48,401 nt of DNA from contig JANQRN010000104.1 of the NCBI GenBank assembly GCA_028284545.1, positions 1 through 48,401 on the forward strand. The letters run 5' to 3'. Shown in pieces: positions 19,127 through 27,940 of the stretch. Position 1 is the stretch's first letter; each line of letters starts with the position of its first letter. The DNA is from Rhodothermales bacterium (GTDB lineage: Bacteria > Bacteroidota > Rhodothermia > Rhodothermales > JABDKH01). Both the position numbers and the translations under genes were made by a program. Below the pieces are notes generated by a model. It searched no databases. It worked only from the letters and a program-made list of their open reading frames with translations, and was not told where the DNA came from.

Positions 19127-20305
19127 TTGGCACTCTTCGTGACGATTGTGCTGGACGGTGTTGGCGTCGGGTGGCAGCCCGACGCGCACATGTATGGCGA
19201 CGAAGGTGCAAACACGCTACAGCACGTCTGCGACACCGCCTCGCCCAAGCTCCCTGAACTGGCCGCACTCGGGCTGGGGTGTATTCTGCCGCTTGACGGT
19301 GTTCCGCCCGCTGCCACACCGCTGGCCTCCTTTGGTCGCATGACCGAAGTGTCGGCCGGAAAAGACTCGACAACCGGTCACTGGGAGCTTGCGGGATTGC
19401 GACTCGACGCTCCATTTCCCACGTACCCGGACGGGTTCCCTGACGAACTGATTTCACGTTTCGTCAACCGCACGGGAGTGCCCGCCGTGCTTGGCGGGCA
19501 TCCTGTTTCGGGGACTGCCGTCATCGAGCAGTTCGGCGAGGAGCACATCGCCACTGGCAAGCCAATCGTTTACACTTCCGCCGACTCAGTCCTCCAGGTG
19601 GCAACGCACGCCGACGTCTGCTCGCTAGCAGAGCTCTACCGCATTTGCGAGGTGGCTCGCAGTCAGGTATGCACGGGGCAGCACGCCGTTGGTCGCGTTA
19701 TCGCGCGCCCGTTTGCCGGCGAGCCAGGTGGTTTCGTGCGTCTCTCCGACAAGCGCCGCGATTTTGCGTTGCAGCCACCAGCCCCCGTACTTCAGCAGCG
19801 GTTGCAGAGTGCCGGTGTGCACACGATATCAATCGGTAAGATCGCGGACCTGTTTGCAGGTGCGGGTTTCGACGCAACGATCAAAACCAGTGGCAACTCG
19901 GAAGGGGTGATCGCGATCGTAGACGCAATCCGCGAATACAAGACGCGCGACCCGAAACGGGATACGTTTGTATGGGTCAACCTTGTCGACTTTGATCAGG
20001 ATTACGGCCACCGTAACGATCCTGACGGGTTTGCCCGCGCCCTGGAGCAGTTCGATGCGGCACTTCCTTCAATCCGAGCTGAACTTCCATCGGATTCGGC
20101 GCTGGTGATCACGGCTGACCACGGCAACGACCCGACGTTTCCGGGCACCGATCATACCCGTGAATACGTGCCGCTTCTTGTGTACGGGGTTGGGGCGTGT
20201 CGGGACGTTGGCACACGTCATTCCTTTGCCGATCATGCGAGGTCGGTGCTCGCCTACTTCAATGTAGACTCAGCTGAAATCGACGGAACGTCGTCGTTCT
20301 TGTAG
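19127..20305 (+). CDS. deoB: Phosphopentomutase
   Basis: The fold is the metalloenzyme (alkaline-phosphatase-like) type. Supporting sequences are VLDGVGVG, TTGHWELAGL and ADHGNDPTFPGTDHTREYVPLLVYG. Confidence 0.85.
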   Translation: MALFVTIVLDGVGVGWQPDAHMYGDEGANTLQHVCDTASPKLPELAALGLGCILPLDGVPPAATPLASFGRMTEVSAGKDSTTGHWELAGLRLDAPFPTYPDGFPDELISRFVNRTGVPAVLGGHPVSGTAVIEQFGEEHIATGKPIVYTSADSVLQVATHADVCSLAELYRICEVARSQVCTGQHAVGRVIARPFAGEPGGFVRLSDKRRDFALQPPAPVLQQRLQSAGVHTISIGKIADLFAGAGFDATIKTSGNSEGVIAIVDAIREYKTRDPKRDTFVWVNLVDFDQDYGHRNDPDGFARALEQFDAALPSIRAELPSDSALVITADHGNDPTFPGTDHTREYVPLLVYGVGACRDVGTRHSFADHARSVLAYFNVDSAEIDGTSSFL

Positions 20306-20309
20306 CGCG

Positions 20310-21440
20310 CTAGCGCAGTCTCGTGACCGTGCTCGTAATCGAACCGGTCTTGCCAGACAGCCGCACGAAGTATACTCCCACGGGAAGGTCGGCGGCCGGC
20401 AGTTCAAAGCGATACTGTTCTCCCGCGACGACGCTCCGTTCGCGGACCGCACCAACGGAGCGGCCCAACGCGTCGTAGAGCGCAACGGAGATGAAGTCGT
20501 TTTCCGGCGCAACGTAGTCGACGCTGACGGCGTCCACGAATGGATTTGGAAACGCGCGTAGATGGTCGTTAGCCTCGGCGACGGGGTCGTCCAGGCCAAC
20601 GGTCGACGGTCCTCCATCCTGGATTGTCAGCATTGCGCTCACGTCTTCCTGGACAACCTCGTATTCTTCGTGTGGGAGAAGTTCAAGTGAGACGGTTTCA
20701 ACCCCTTCGTAGCCGTTGTCGGGAACTGGCTCAACAACAACGAACGTTGCGGTATTGCCCGGTTCTATGGTCGCAAAGGAATCGATGTGGGCATAGTCGA
20801 CGCCATTCTCGGCGGAGCCTGTAACGGCAAAGAAGACAGTGAGCGCTTTCTCGAGTGAGCCCTCTCTGGTGATCCGGAACGCCCCGGTATTGTTGTCTCC
20901 ACGCTCGCTGGCATCCGCTTTCCCTCGCGAGGTCGCGACCTTGTTGCGCCCCGTCGGTGACGTTGCCTCGACGGTTGTACCGGAGAGGTTGTACAGCCCG
21001 TCATGTTGGTACGTACCGCCTCGGATGAACGGCGGGTTCTCGGCGTAGTTCAGGCCAATGGTTCCGTTGGATCCGCCAAACTCAATGTCCGTCGCTTGCT
21101 GCCAGAATCGCACTTCGATCTTCTCTCCCGCGTACAGACCATCCTTTTCGGGTGTGACCGGGTTGTCGCCCCAAAGTGTCAGCGCCACGTTCGCGCCGGT
21201 CCACGTCCGCGTTCCGACGCAGGTGCCGTCTTCTGAGAAGAAGGCGATCTCGTCACCGGCCTCGAACGGTGCGCCCATGAGTGTGTGCGTCCCGTTGTTG
21301 ACATCCACGATAATGGTAGCGGTACTACCAGTGTTGGAAACGCATCCGGCGAAATGGGGCTGGGCGTTTGAGGCAGGTGGCAGCCAGAGGGCGCAAGTCA
21401 GGAGCGCAGCTGCCGCGGAGCTTCGAGTGATCACGTGCAC
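20310..21440 (-). CDS. Secreted protein with Calx-beta-like repeats and a C-terminal type IX secretion system sorting domain
   Basis: An N-terminal signal peptide is present. The C-terminal 80 aa (PNPFVDAVSVDYVAPENDFISVALYDALGRSVGAVRERSVVAGEQYRFELPAADLPVGVYFVRLSGKTGSITSTVTRL) match the Por/T9SS C-terminal domain pattern. The gene converges on deoB. Confidence 0.75.
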   Translation of the reverse strand: MHVITRSSAAAALLTCALWLPPASNAQPHFAGCVSNTGSTATIIVDVNNGTHTLMGAPFEAGDEIAFFSEDGTCVGTRTWTGANVALTLWGDNPVTPEKDGLYAGEKIEVRFWQQATDIEFGGSNGTIGLNYAENPPFIRGGTYQHDGLYNLSGTTVEATSPTGRNKVATSRGKADASERGDNNTGAFRITREGSLEKALTVFFAVTGSAENGVDYAHIDSFATIEPGNTATFVVVEPVPDNGYEGVETVSLELLPHEEYEVVQEDVSAMLTIQDGGPSTVGLDDPVAEANDHLRAFPNPFVDAVSVDYVAPENDFISVALYDALGRSVGAVRERSVVAGEQYRFELPAADLPVGVYFVRLSGKTGSITSTVTRLR

Positions 21441-21594
21441 CGGGGTGGGAGGTCATGCAAGACGGGTCTTATTGGGTATCGACGTGGTGCCCGCGCGCTT
21501 TAGCTCATTTTGGCGCACTTGAATATCTCGGAACGTCGTAATATCTACACGGCAGAAGGCGGAACGAACTGGAGAACGGCGGGAGGCTCAGCGC

Positions 21595-21864
21595 ATGCTA
21601 CTTGGAAAGGTCGTCGGTACCGTGTGGGCAACCCGCAAGGATGAGAGCATGGTTGGAATGAAGCTCCAGATTGTCCGCGAGGTTGATGTCCACCACGCCG
21701 AGAAGGACCGGTTTGTCATCGCGGTCGACAGCGTCGGGGCGGGCGTCGGCGAGATTGTCCTTGTGGCGCAGGGTTCGAGCGCTCGTCAGACCCAGCTTAC
21801 CCGCGACAAGCCGGTCGACGCGGTGATATCGGCGATCGTGGACAAACTCGACGTGTCGGGATGA
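21595..21864 (+). CDS. EutN/CcmL/PduN-family protein (bacterial microcompartment vertex pentamer, BMC-P), copy 1
   Basis: The 89-aa protein (MLLGKVVGTVWATRKDESMVGMKLQIVREVD...AVDSVGAGVGEIVLVAQGSSARQ...PVDAVISAIVDKLD) matches the EutN/PduN consensus along its full length. It shares the typical N-terminal G.V.ST.K, the VDxxGAG block and the SGSSAR block. A GGAGG RBS lies upstream. Confidence 0.75.
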   Translation: MLLGKVVGTVWATRKDESMVGMKLQIVREVDVHHAEKDRFVIAVDSVGAGVGEIVLVAQGSSARQTQLTRDKPVDAVISAIVDKLDVSG

Positions 21865-22124
21865 ATCTCGCACGTGCGATCGGACGGGTTTGGGCCACGG
21901 TCAAGGACGAGCGTCTTGCGGGCCGCCGGATTCTGTTGATTCAACCAATGCGTTCTTCGGGCGAGCACGTCGGTTCACCAATCGCTGCTCTCGACGCAAG
22001 TGACGCCGGTCCGGGGGACATCGTGTTCTACGTCACGGCATCTGAGGCCGCGATCCCGTACAAACCTGGAATGACGCCCACAGACGCGACTGTAGTTGGC
22101 ATCGTGGAGCAGATCGACAAATAG
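21861..22124 (+). CDS. EutN/CcmL/PduN-family protein (BMC-P), copy 2
   Basis: The 87-aa protein (MNLARAIGRVWATVKDERLAGRRILLIQ...ALDASDAGPGDIVFYVTASEAA...TDATVVGIVEQIDK) has the same fold signature as copy 1. Its start overlaps the stop of copy 1 by 4 bp (ATGA), which suggests a two-gene operon. Confidence 0.75.
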   Translation: MNLARAIGRVWATVKDERLAGRRILLIQPMRSSGEHVGSPIAALDASDAGPGDIVFYVTASEAAIPYKPGMTPTDATVVGIVEQIDK

Positions 22125-22134
22125 CTGCCGGCGG

Positions 22135-22815
22135 CTATCGGTCTGCGATCAGCGGCACGAACCGAAACTCATCCAGTGCCTCGGTCTTGTAGTCGTCCGG
22201 CCCGACTCGCTCGATCCGGTTCATGACCTGGCCGGAGGCCCCGCCTACCGGAATGACAAGTACGCCGCCGCGAACGGGTGCCCGGTCGTCTTCGGTCTTC
22301 CGCGGCTGTACGAGTTGCGCTCGCAGAGCGTCGGGCACTCCTATAGCTCCCGCCGTGACGACAATGGCGTCGTAAGGCGCAAACGCGGGCCAGCCTTCCG
22401 TACCGTCCCCGCATCGCGTTCGCAGCCGGTAGCCCAGTTTCCGAAGGAGGGCGTTAGTCCGGCGGTACAGCGGTTCCAGGCGTTCGACGGAGTACAATTC
22501 GACGCCGAGCTCGCACAGCACCGCAGCCTGATACCCGCTGCCCGTCCCTACCTCTAGCACCTTGGCGCCGGGGTTAAGACCCTCCATCGCCGTCTGCGTC
22601 TGGTAGGCGACAGTGAAGGGCTGAGATATGGTCTGGTCGAGGCCGATGGGTAGCGCTTCGTCCCGGTATGCGCGCCCGACGAGCGCCTCGTCCACAAACA
22701 GGTGACGCTGAACCCGACCGATGGCGACAAGAACCCGTTCGTCTTGGATGCCCTTTTCACGAAGCAGCGCAACCAGCCGCTCCCGTCGACGCGCGTACTT
22801 CCAGTCGTTTTGCAT
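22135..22815 (-). CDS. pcm: Protein-L-isoaspartate O-methyltransferase
   Basis: The SAM-binding motif reads VLEVGTGSGYQAAVL. The family block LDQTISQPFTVAYQT is present. The 226-aa length fits. Confidence 0.85.
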   Translation of the reverse strand: MQNDWKYARRRERLVALLREKGIQDERVLVAIGRVQRHLFVDEALVGRAYRDEALPIGLDQTISQPFTVAYQTQTAMEGLNPGAKVLEVGTGSGYQAAVLCELGVELYSVERLEPLYRRTNALLRKLGYRLRTRCGDGTEGWPAFAPYDAIVVTAGAIGVPDALRAQLVQPRKTEDDRAPVRGGVLVIPVGGASGQVMNRIERVGPDDYKTEALDEFRFVPLIADR

Positions 22816-22817
22816 GC

Positions 22818-23615
22818 TCAGTTGGCTGCTGCAAGCTCGCGCGTGCGCGCGGTATCGTGGGCGATGGCCTCGGTGAGGTATTCACGAAGGCGGTCGGGTG
22901 CGATGTCGACAATCATCTCACCGTTGAGCGCCACCGACACCTTTCCCGTCTCTTCGGAAACGACGACCACGAGCGCGTCTGTTGTCTCGGATAGGCCAAT
23001 TGCACTACGGTGGCGGAGGCCAAGGTGCGGACTGAGTTTCATGCTGGTCGACACCGGCAAGATACACCGCGCCGCGTCAATTCTGTTGTTCCGAACGATC
23101 ACCGCGCCGTCATGCAGCGGACTCTTTTCGTAGAAGATCGTTTCCAGCAATTCCGTAGTGAGCCTCGCCTCAATCGGCGATCCGGTTTCAACATAGCTTC
23201 TCAGGCCGGTGGTCCGCTCAATGGCAATCAGCGCGCCCGTTCGGGACTGTCGCATTGACGAAATCGCATTCATGACCTCGTCGACAAGGGGCTCGGCAGC
23301 CTTGGAGGTGAAGAAGCGCCGTATGAGGGGATTCTGACCGATAACGAGCAGCAGGCGTCGAATTTCCGGTTGGAATAGGATTATGACGGCGAGTACGAAG
23401 ACATCGCTGATGACCCGGAAAAGCGATCCCAGGAGCGTCATGTCGAGGATCGTGACGACAAACTGCAGACCGAGTAGAACGAAGATCCCGGCGAAGATCT
23501 GGATGGCGATCGTGCCGCGCATCAACTGGTACAGCTTGTACAGGATCAGCGCAAAGATTCCGATCTCAAAAAGATCGATCAGGCGTATCGGTATGACCCA
23601 GTTGAATAGCGTCAC
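22818..23615 (-). CDS. cdaA: Diadenylate cyclase CdaA (DacA), membrane-anchored
   Basis: Three N-terminal transmembrane helices are followed by a DAC domain carrying DGAVIV and GLRHRSAIGLSE(T)TDA motifs. The gene overlaps pcm and folP by 4 bp each. Confidence 0.85.
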   Translation of the reverse strand: MTLFNWVIPIRLIDLFEIGIFALILYKLYQLMRGTIAIQIFAGIFVLLGLQFVVTILDMTLLGSLFRVISDVFVLAVIILFQPEIRRLLLVIGQNPLIRRFFTSKAAEPLVDEVMNAISSMRQSRTGALIAIERTTGLRSYVETGSPIEARLTTELLETIFYEKSPLHDGAVIVRNNRIDAARCILPVSTSMKLSPHLGLRHRSAIGLSETTDALVVVVSEETGKVSVALNGEMIVDIAPDRLREYLTEAIAHDTARTRELAAAN

Positions 23616-24478
23616 TGTTGCTCTTCGGCGTATTCAGGTCGCATCGTGATGGCCATCGTGCGCAACATCTCAGCAGTCGGGGCAACGTCGTGCGTGCGCA
23701 CGATAGCAGCGCCGCGAATTGCCGCAACAGCCGTGGCTCCGAGTGAGCCAAAGAGTCGCTGGAAGCTCGGAGCCGGAAACTGTTCGCTGCCCAGGGAGAC
23801 TCCGATAGCACTTTTTCGCGAGACGCCAATCATGATGGGGTTCGTACCCACGCGGTGACCCTCAAGTTCATTTATCAGTCGGAAGTTGTCAGCCGTTGTC
23901 TTCCCGAAACCAAATCCGGGATCCGTCACCACGCAACCGACGCCGGCCGCCTCGGCAACCTCAACTGCTTTCTCGAGGTCCGCTCGGACCGACTCAAGTA
24001 CGTCGGCGTATTCCGCCACGTGTGGCATCTGCCCCGGGCTACCGGTTGAGTGCATTAGAATAAGGGCTGCCTCGTAACGTGCCACAACGTCGGCTGTCTC
24101 GCGGTGCAGCCGAAGCGCAGTGATGTCATTAATGATGTGTGCACCCGCGTCCAGGCACGCGGCGGCCACAGACGGATGATACGTATCAATGGATAGGGTA
24201 GCCTCTGGAAGTTCAGCGGTCAGCGCCTTCACGACCGGCAGTACGCGCGCGAGCTCCAGCTCCGGGGGCACGACATCAGCACCCGACCCATAGGCCACAC
24301 CCCTGGGCCTCGACGAGGCGCCGCCTATGTCGATGATCGCCGCCCCGGCGTCGATCATCAGCCCCGCCTTCATCACGGCCCGGTCCAGGGTGGTGTACTG
24401 GCCACCGTCGAAGAATGAATCCGGGGTTACGTTCAGAATACCGGCGATGATGGGCGCGCCCTCGTTCACCACGAGCAC
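23612..24478 (-). CDS. folP: Dihydropteroate synthase
   Basis: The pterin-binding signature is GILNVTPDSFFDGG, with a downstream DIGGASSRPG. The listed ORF extends to 24634, which would overlap the divergent GH3 gene start. The start was therefore refined to an in-frame GTG at 24478 (VLVVNEGAPIIAGILN...). Confidence 0.8.
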   Translation of the reverse strand: MLVVNEGAPIIAGILNVTPDSFFDGGQYTTLDRAVMKAGLMIDAGAAIIDIGGASSRPRGVAYGSGADVVPPELELARVLPVVKALTAELPEATLSIDTYHPSVAAACLDAGAHIINDITALRLHRETADVVARYEAALILMHSTGSPGQMPHVAEYADVLESVRADLEKAVEVAEAAGVGCVVTDPGFGFGKTTADNFRLINELEGHRVGTNPIMIGVSRKSAIGVSLGSEQFPAPSFQRLFGSLGATAVAAIRGAAIVRTHDVAPTAEMLRTMAITMRPEYAEEQQ

Positions 24479-24610
24479 CCGCCCGCGGCACCGGATTTCC
24501 CACTGGCGACTTGGATTCACTGAGCAGTACGCGCGAGAGCAGTTGACATGACAGGGAGCGTGACCGAAACTTGACCCCGATTTACACCGGTTCGACGGTT
24601 CGCATCCTGC

Positions 24611-26143
24611 ATGATTGACAAGCTTCTGCGCCACGCCCCCGGCAGTCCGGTTGCCCGAATTTATCGCTTTCTCCGGAACCCTGTCGAAACGCAGGAACGC
24701 GTGCTTCGACAGCTGCTGGTCAAGGCGTCCGGTACAGAGTGGGGGAGGCGTCTTTCCTTCCAGGCGCTGTCGGAAGAACCTGACGTGTTTGATGCGTATC
24801 GAAACGCCGTTCCGCTACACTCCTACGAGGACCTGCGGCCGGACATCGACCGGGTCCGTCAGCGCGAGCCAGACGTGATGTGGCCCGGCACCGTCTCAGA
24901 CTTTGCGGTGTCGAGTGGCACTGCCTCGTCAGGCAAGATCATTCCGGTGAGTCGAGACACGCTGATGGCGAACAAGCGATTCAGCATGGGCATCATGTAC
25001 AACTACGTCGCCCGAACCGGCAACCTCAAGTTTCTCGGCGGCAAGTTCCTTTCTCTGCCGGGCCGGATCGACGAGGACCCGGCGCATCCGGGCACCTACA
25101 TCGGCGAAGTCAGCGGGCTGCAAGCGCGGTACGCTCCGGCATTCGTACAGAAGTATGCGCAGGCCGTGACGAACGAGACGTTGTTCATACCGAACTGGGA
25201 AGAGAAGCTCGACGCTATTGTTCGGCAGACCGTCTCCATGGACGTGCGCACCGCCGCCATGGTGCCAACGTGGGCCCTTGTTTTGTTTGAGCAGTTGCTG
25301 GATCGGTATTCGCATTCGACCGGGCGTCGCGCAGAAACGGTTCGCGACATCTGGCCAAACTTTCGCGTGTTCTTTTCTGGAGGGGTTGCGCTTGCCTCGT
25401 ACCGGGAATTGTTGGAGGAGCAACTTGGCCGGGGAGAGGTGGACTTCCTGGAAGCCTACGGTGCGTCAGAGGGGTTCTTTGCCTTCCAGCTTGATCGCAC
25501 ACATACCGATATGGTGCTGCACCTGGACAACAGTATCTACTATGAGTTCTTGCCCGTTGACGCCGGGACCACCGATTCGCGGAAGACGCTTGCGGAAGTA
25601 GAGGTCGGAGTCCGATACCAGATGTTTGTGAGTACGGCTTCTGGGTTGTGGGCCTACGGGGTCGGTGACGTTGTCAGGTTCACATCGGTCCGCCCGTATC
25701 GTATCGAAGTTGCGGGGCGGACTGGTGAGATGATTGACAAGTATGGGGAAGCGGTGTTTGGCGACGAGGCGCGTGCTGCGCTCAAAGAGGCCTGCGAGAT
25801 CGCGGGTAGGACCATAATCGACTATCACATCGCCCCGCTTCCTCCTGCCCGGGACCGGTTGCCGAGTCACGAATGGTTCGTCGAATTTGAGACACCCCCC
25901 GAAAATTTGGATTCATTCGCTGAGCTCCTGGACAATTATCTGCAGCGAGTAAACAGGCACTACAAGATTCGCCGGGAGGCACGCGCTTTTGACGTGCCAC
26001 GGGTCGTGAGTGTGCCTAGGGGCACATTTTACAGGTGGATGGCACAGAGTCGGGCCTCGGTGAGTGCCCAGTCAAAGGTGCCCCGAATGAGCGAGGAGCG
26101 AAAAATGGCAAACAAGTTGCGGGAGCTAATTGGTACCGGATAG
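24611..26143 (+). CDS. GH3-family adenylate-forming (acyl-amido synthetase-like) protein
   Basis: The GH3 motif 1 reads SSGTASSGKIIPVS. Further blocks include YGASEGFFAFQ and the layout has a C-terminal sub-domain. The 510-aa length matches bacterial GH3 homologs. Confidence 0.75.
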   Translation: MIDKLLRHAPGSPVARIYRFLRNPVETQERVLRQLLVKASGTEWGRRLSFQALSEEPDVFDAYRNAVPLHSYEDLRPDIDRVRQREPDVMWPGTVSDFAVSSGTASSGKIIPVSRDTLMANKRFSMGIMYNYVARTGNLKFLGGKFLSLPGRIDEDPAHPGTYIGEVSGLQARYAPAFVQKYAQAVTNETLFIPNWEEKLDAIVRQTVSMDVRTAAMVPTWALVLFEQLLDRYSHSTGRRAETVRDIWPNFRVFFSGGVALASYRELLEEQLGRGEVDFLEAYGASEGFFAFQLDRTHTDMVLHLDNSIYYEFLPVDAGTTDSRKTLAEVEVGVRYQMFVSTASGLWAYGVGDVVRFTSVRPYRIEVAGRTGEMIDKYGEAVFGDEARAALKEACEIAGRTIIDYHIAPLPPARDRLPSHEWFVEFETPPENLDSFAELLDNYLQRVNRHYKIRREARAFDVPRVVSVPRGTFYRWMAQSRASVSAQSKVPRMSEERKMANKLRELIGTG

Positions 26144-26320
26144 ACACGAGTCAAGGGGAAAAACCGGGAACCTGCACCTCTGAGGCGGCGTGAACAGAGG
26201 CCGCGCGCGGGGCACCCCCGTCGGGATCGCGACGAGAATCTCGACAAACCTTAACGCCCCGCCTTCATAGAAAGCGATTCGCGTACGTACTACTAGCTAC
26301 AAACCTTCTTACGAATCGAC

Positions 26321-27160
26321 ATGTACGTCCCACGCCAGCAGCGAATGCTGGATCAGTATCTGCAAGAGATCGGCCAGATCCCGCTCCTTACTCCCGCAGA
26401 GGAAGTCGACCTTGCGCAGCGCATCAAGCAGAACGATATGGAGGCGCTGCACCGCCTGACCCGAGCGAACCTTCGCTTCGTCGTATCTGTAGCCAAGAAA
26501 TACCAGGGCCAGGGCCTGACTCTCGCTGACCTGATCAATGAGGGTAACTACGGCCTGATCAAAGCGGCCCAGCGTTTCGACGAAACGCGGGGTTTCAAAT
26601 TCATCTCCTACGCGGTGTGGTGGATTCGGCAGGCCATCCTTCAAGCGTTGGCCGAGCAGAGTCGCGTCGTGCGCCTGCCGCTGAACCGAATCGGCACCAT
26701 CTCGAAGATCCGAAAGACGAGTGCGAAACTCGCGCAGGTTCACGAGCGGCAGCCGAACATCGAAGAGCTCGCAAAAGAGCTTGAGGTTGACGTAGAGAAG
26801 GTTCGTGAGGCGCTTCAGCACACGGGTCGACATCTCTCCATGGATGCGCCGTTCAACGAGGACGACGACAACAGCCTCCTCGATGTGCTTCCAAATGATG
26901 AGGACCTGTCTCCCGACGACACGTTGATGGACGAGTCGCTCAAGATTGACATAGAGCGCGCCCTCAGCCTTTTGCATCCGCGCGAGGCAGAGATTACGCG
27001 ACTCTACTTTGGGATCGGTCGCGAGCACCCGCTGACGCTCGAAGAAATCGGGCAGCGGTTTGGGCTGACGCGAGAACGCGTGCGCCAGATAAAGGAAAAG
27101 GCGCTGCGGAAGTTGCGTCAGAAGCACCGACGGGAAGAGCTGCAGATGCACATAGGCTGA
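26321..27160 (+). CDS. rpoD: Primary RNA polymerase sigma factor of the short Bacteroidota-type SigA (sigma-70 family)
   Basis: Region 1.2 reads [19 protein letters not shown]. Region 2 reads [37 protein letters not shown]...[13 protein letters not shown]. Region 4 reads [29 protein letters not shown]. The 279-aa length is typical of the Bacteroidota/Rhodothermota SigA. Confidence 0.9.
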   Translation: MYVPRQQRMLDQYLQEIGQIPLLTPAEEVDLAQRIKQNDMEALHRLTRANLRFVVSVAKKYQGQGLTLADLINEGNYGLIKAAQRFDETRGFKFISYAVWWIRQAILQALAEQSRVVRLPLNRIGTISKIRKTSAKLAQVHERQPNIEELAKELEVDVEKVREALQHTGRHLSMDAPFNEDDDNSLLDVLPNDEDLSPDDTLMDESLKIDIERALSLLHPREAEITRLYFGIGREHPLTLEEIGQRFGLTRERVRQIKEKALRKLRQKHRREELQMHIG

Positions 27161-27186
27161 ATCCGCTTCTCGGCTATCAGTTTGGA

Positions 27187-27221
27187 AAGGGCGCCCTTGC
27201 AAGGGCGCCCTTTTGCTTTTT
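27187..27221 (+). terminator. Rho-independent terminator downstream of rpoD
   Basis: The 12-nt palindrome AAGGGCGCCCTT occurs twice (27187-27198 and 27201-27212). This allows a strong GC-rich hairpin, which is followed by TTTTGCTTTTT. Confidence 0.7.
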
Positions 27222-27319
27222 GTAGCCCTTGCCGCCTGCAACCTGCTTGGTGAAGTTCCTTAAACTAGGGGAACACTCCGGCACCGGAGAATCACCCAGG
27301 TCATAGCAGAGAGGTCGCC

Positions 27320-27940
27320 ATGGAACCCAACCTCGCAATTGGTCACGTGCTCAGTCGTGCGTGGGAAGCGTTCAAAACGAGGCCCGGCCTTATTCTCGCA
27401 GCCGCGCTCATCGCGGCAATCCTCGGTTCGCCGAGCGTCATCGTTGACGATGATTCAGGTCTGAGCTGGGCGGCCGAGTTGCTCCAGTTCTTCCTCGGGC
27501 CGCCGCTGGCAGCCGGCATGTGCATGCTGCTGCTGAATGTCGTGCGCGGAAATGAACCAGACATCGGCAACATCTTCGACGGGTTCAGACGCTACGGAAA
27601 ATCGATGGGCGTCTACTACATGTACGCCATCATCGTGGTCCTGGGCTTCGTCGCTCTCATCATCCCGGGGATCATTGCCCTTGTTGGCCTCCTCCCGGCC
27701 GTCTACATGGTGCTCGACAAGGACTACGACGCTGTTGATACGATCAAGAAGGCGTGGGAAATGACCAACGGTCACAAGGGAGATCTCTTCGTTCTTGGCA
27801 TCATCCTCGTGCTGATAACGCTCGCCGGCCTATTCGCCTTCATTATCGGAGTGTTCTTCACCTACACGTTTACGCTCGTGGCGCAGGCCGTGGTCTACGA
27901 TGAGTTGTTGAAGGCAGAAGAACCTGACGTATTCGTCTAG
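27320..27940 (+). CDS. Integral membrane protein of unknown function
   Basis: The 206-aa protein has four to five predicted transmembrane segments. Its organisation is loosely reminiscent of the DUF975 / GDPD-membrane-domain families. The assignment is by hydropathy only. Confidence 0.45.
   Translation: MEPNLAIGHVLSRAWEAFKTRPGLILAAALIAAILGSPSVIVDDDSGLSWAAELLQFFLGPPLAAGMCMLLLNVVRGNEPDIGNIFDGFRRYGKSMGVYYMYAIIVVLGFVALIIPGIIALVGLLPAVYMVLDKDYDAVDTIKKAWEMTNGHKGDLFVLGIILVLITLAGLFAFIIGVFFTYTFTLVAQAVVYDELLKAEEPDVFV

Noticed and set aside
21441-22134. Microcompartment shell hexamer (BMC-H) or BMC-T genes near the EutN-like pair
   Set aside because: I looked for ORFs of about 90-100 or 200 aa with the BMC-H core pattern on both strands here and across the window. 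None were present, and the flanking ORFs are unrelated.
24479-24634. An N-terminal extension of folP up to 24634, which would overlap the divergent GH3 gene start
   Set aside because: The extension is Cys/Arg/Ser-rich and non-conserved. An in-frame GTG at 24478 gives the typical spacing before the GILNVTPDSF motif.
26144-26320. A hairpin CCTCTG...CAGAGG plus a GC palindrome between the GH3 gene and rpoD, considered as a GH3 terminator
   Set aside because: No T-tract follows the stem. The element could equally be an rpoD leader structure, so it was not called.
26309-27241. A 310-aa ORF on the minus strand that covers the whole rpoD region
   Set aside because: It is antisense to a clearly conserved sigma-70 gene. 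Its composition is Arg/Leu-rich and typical of wrong-strand high-GC ORFs, with no family features.
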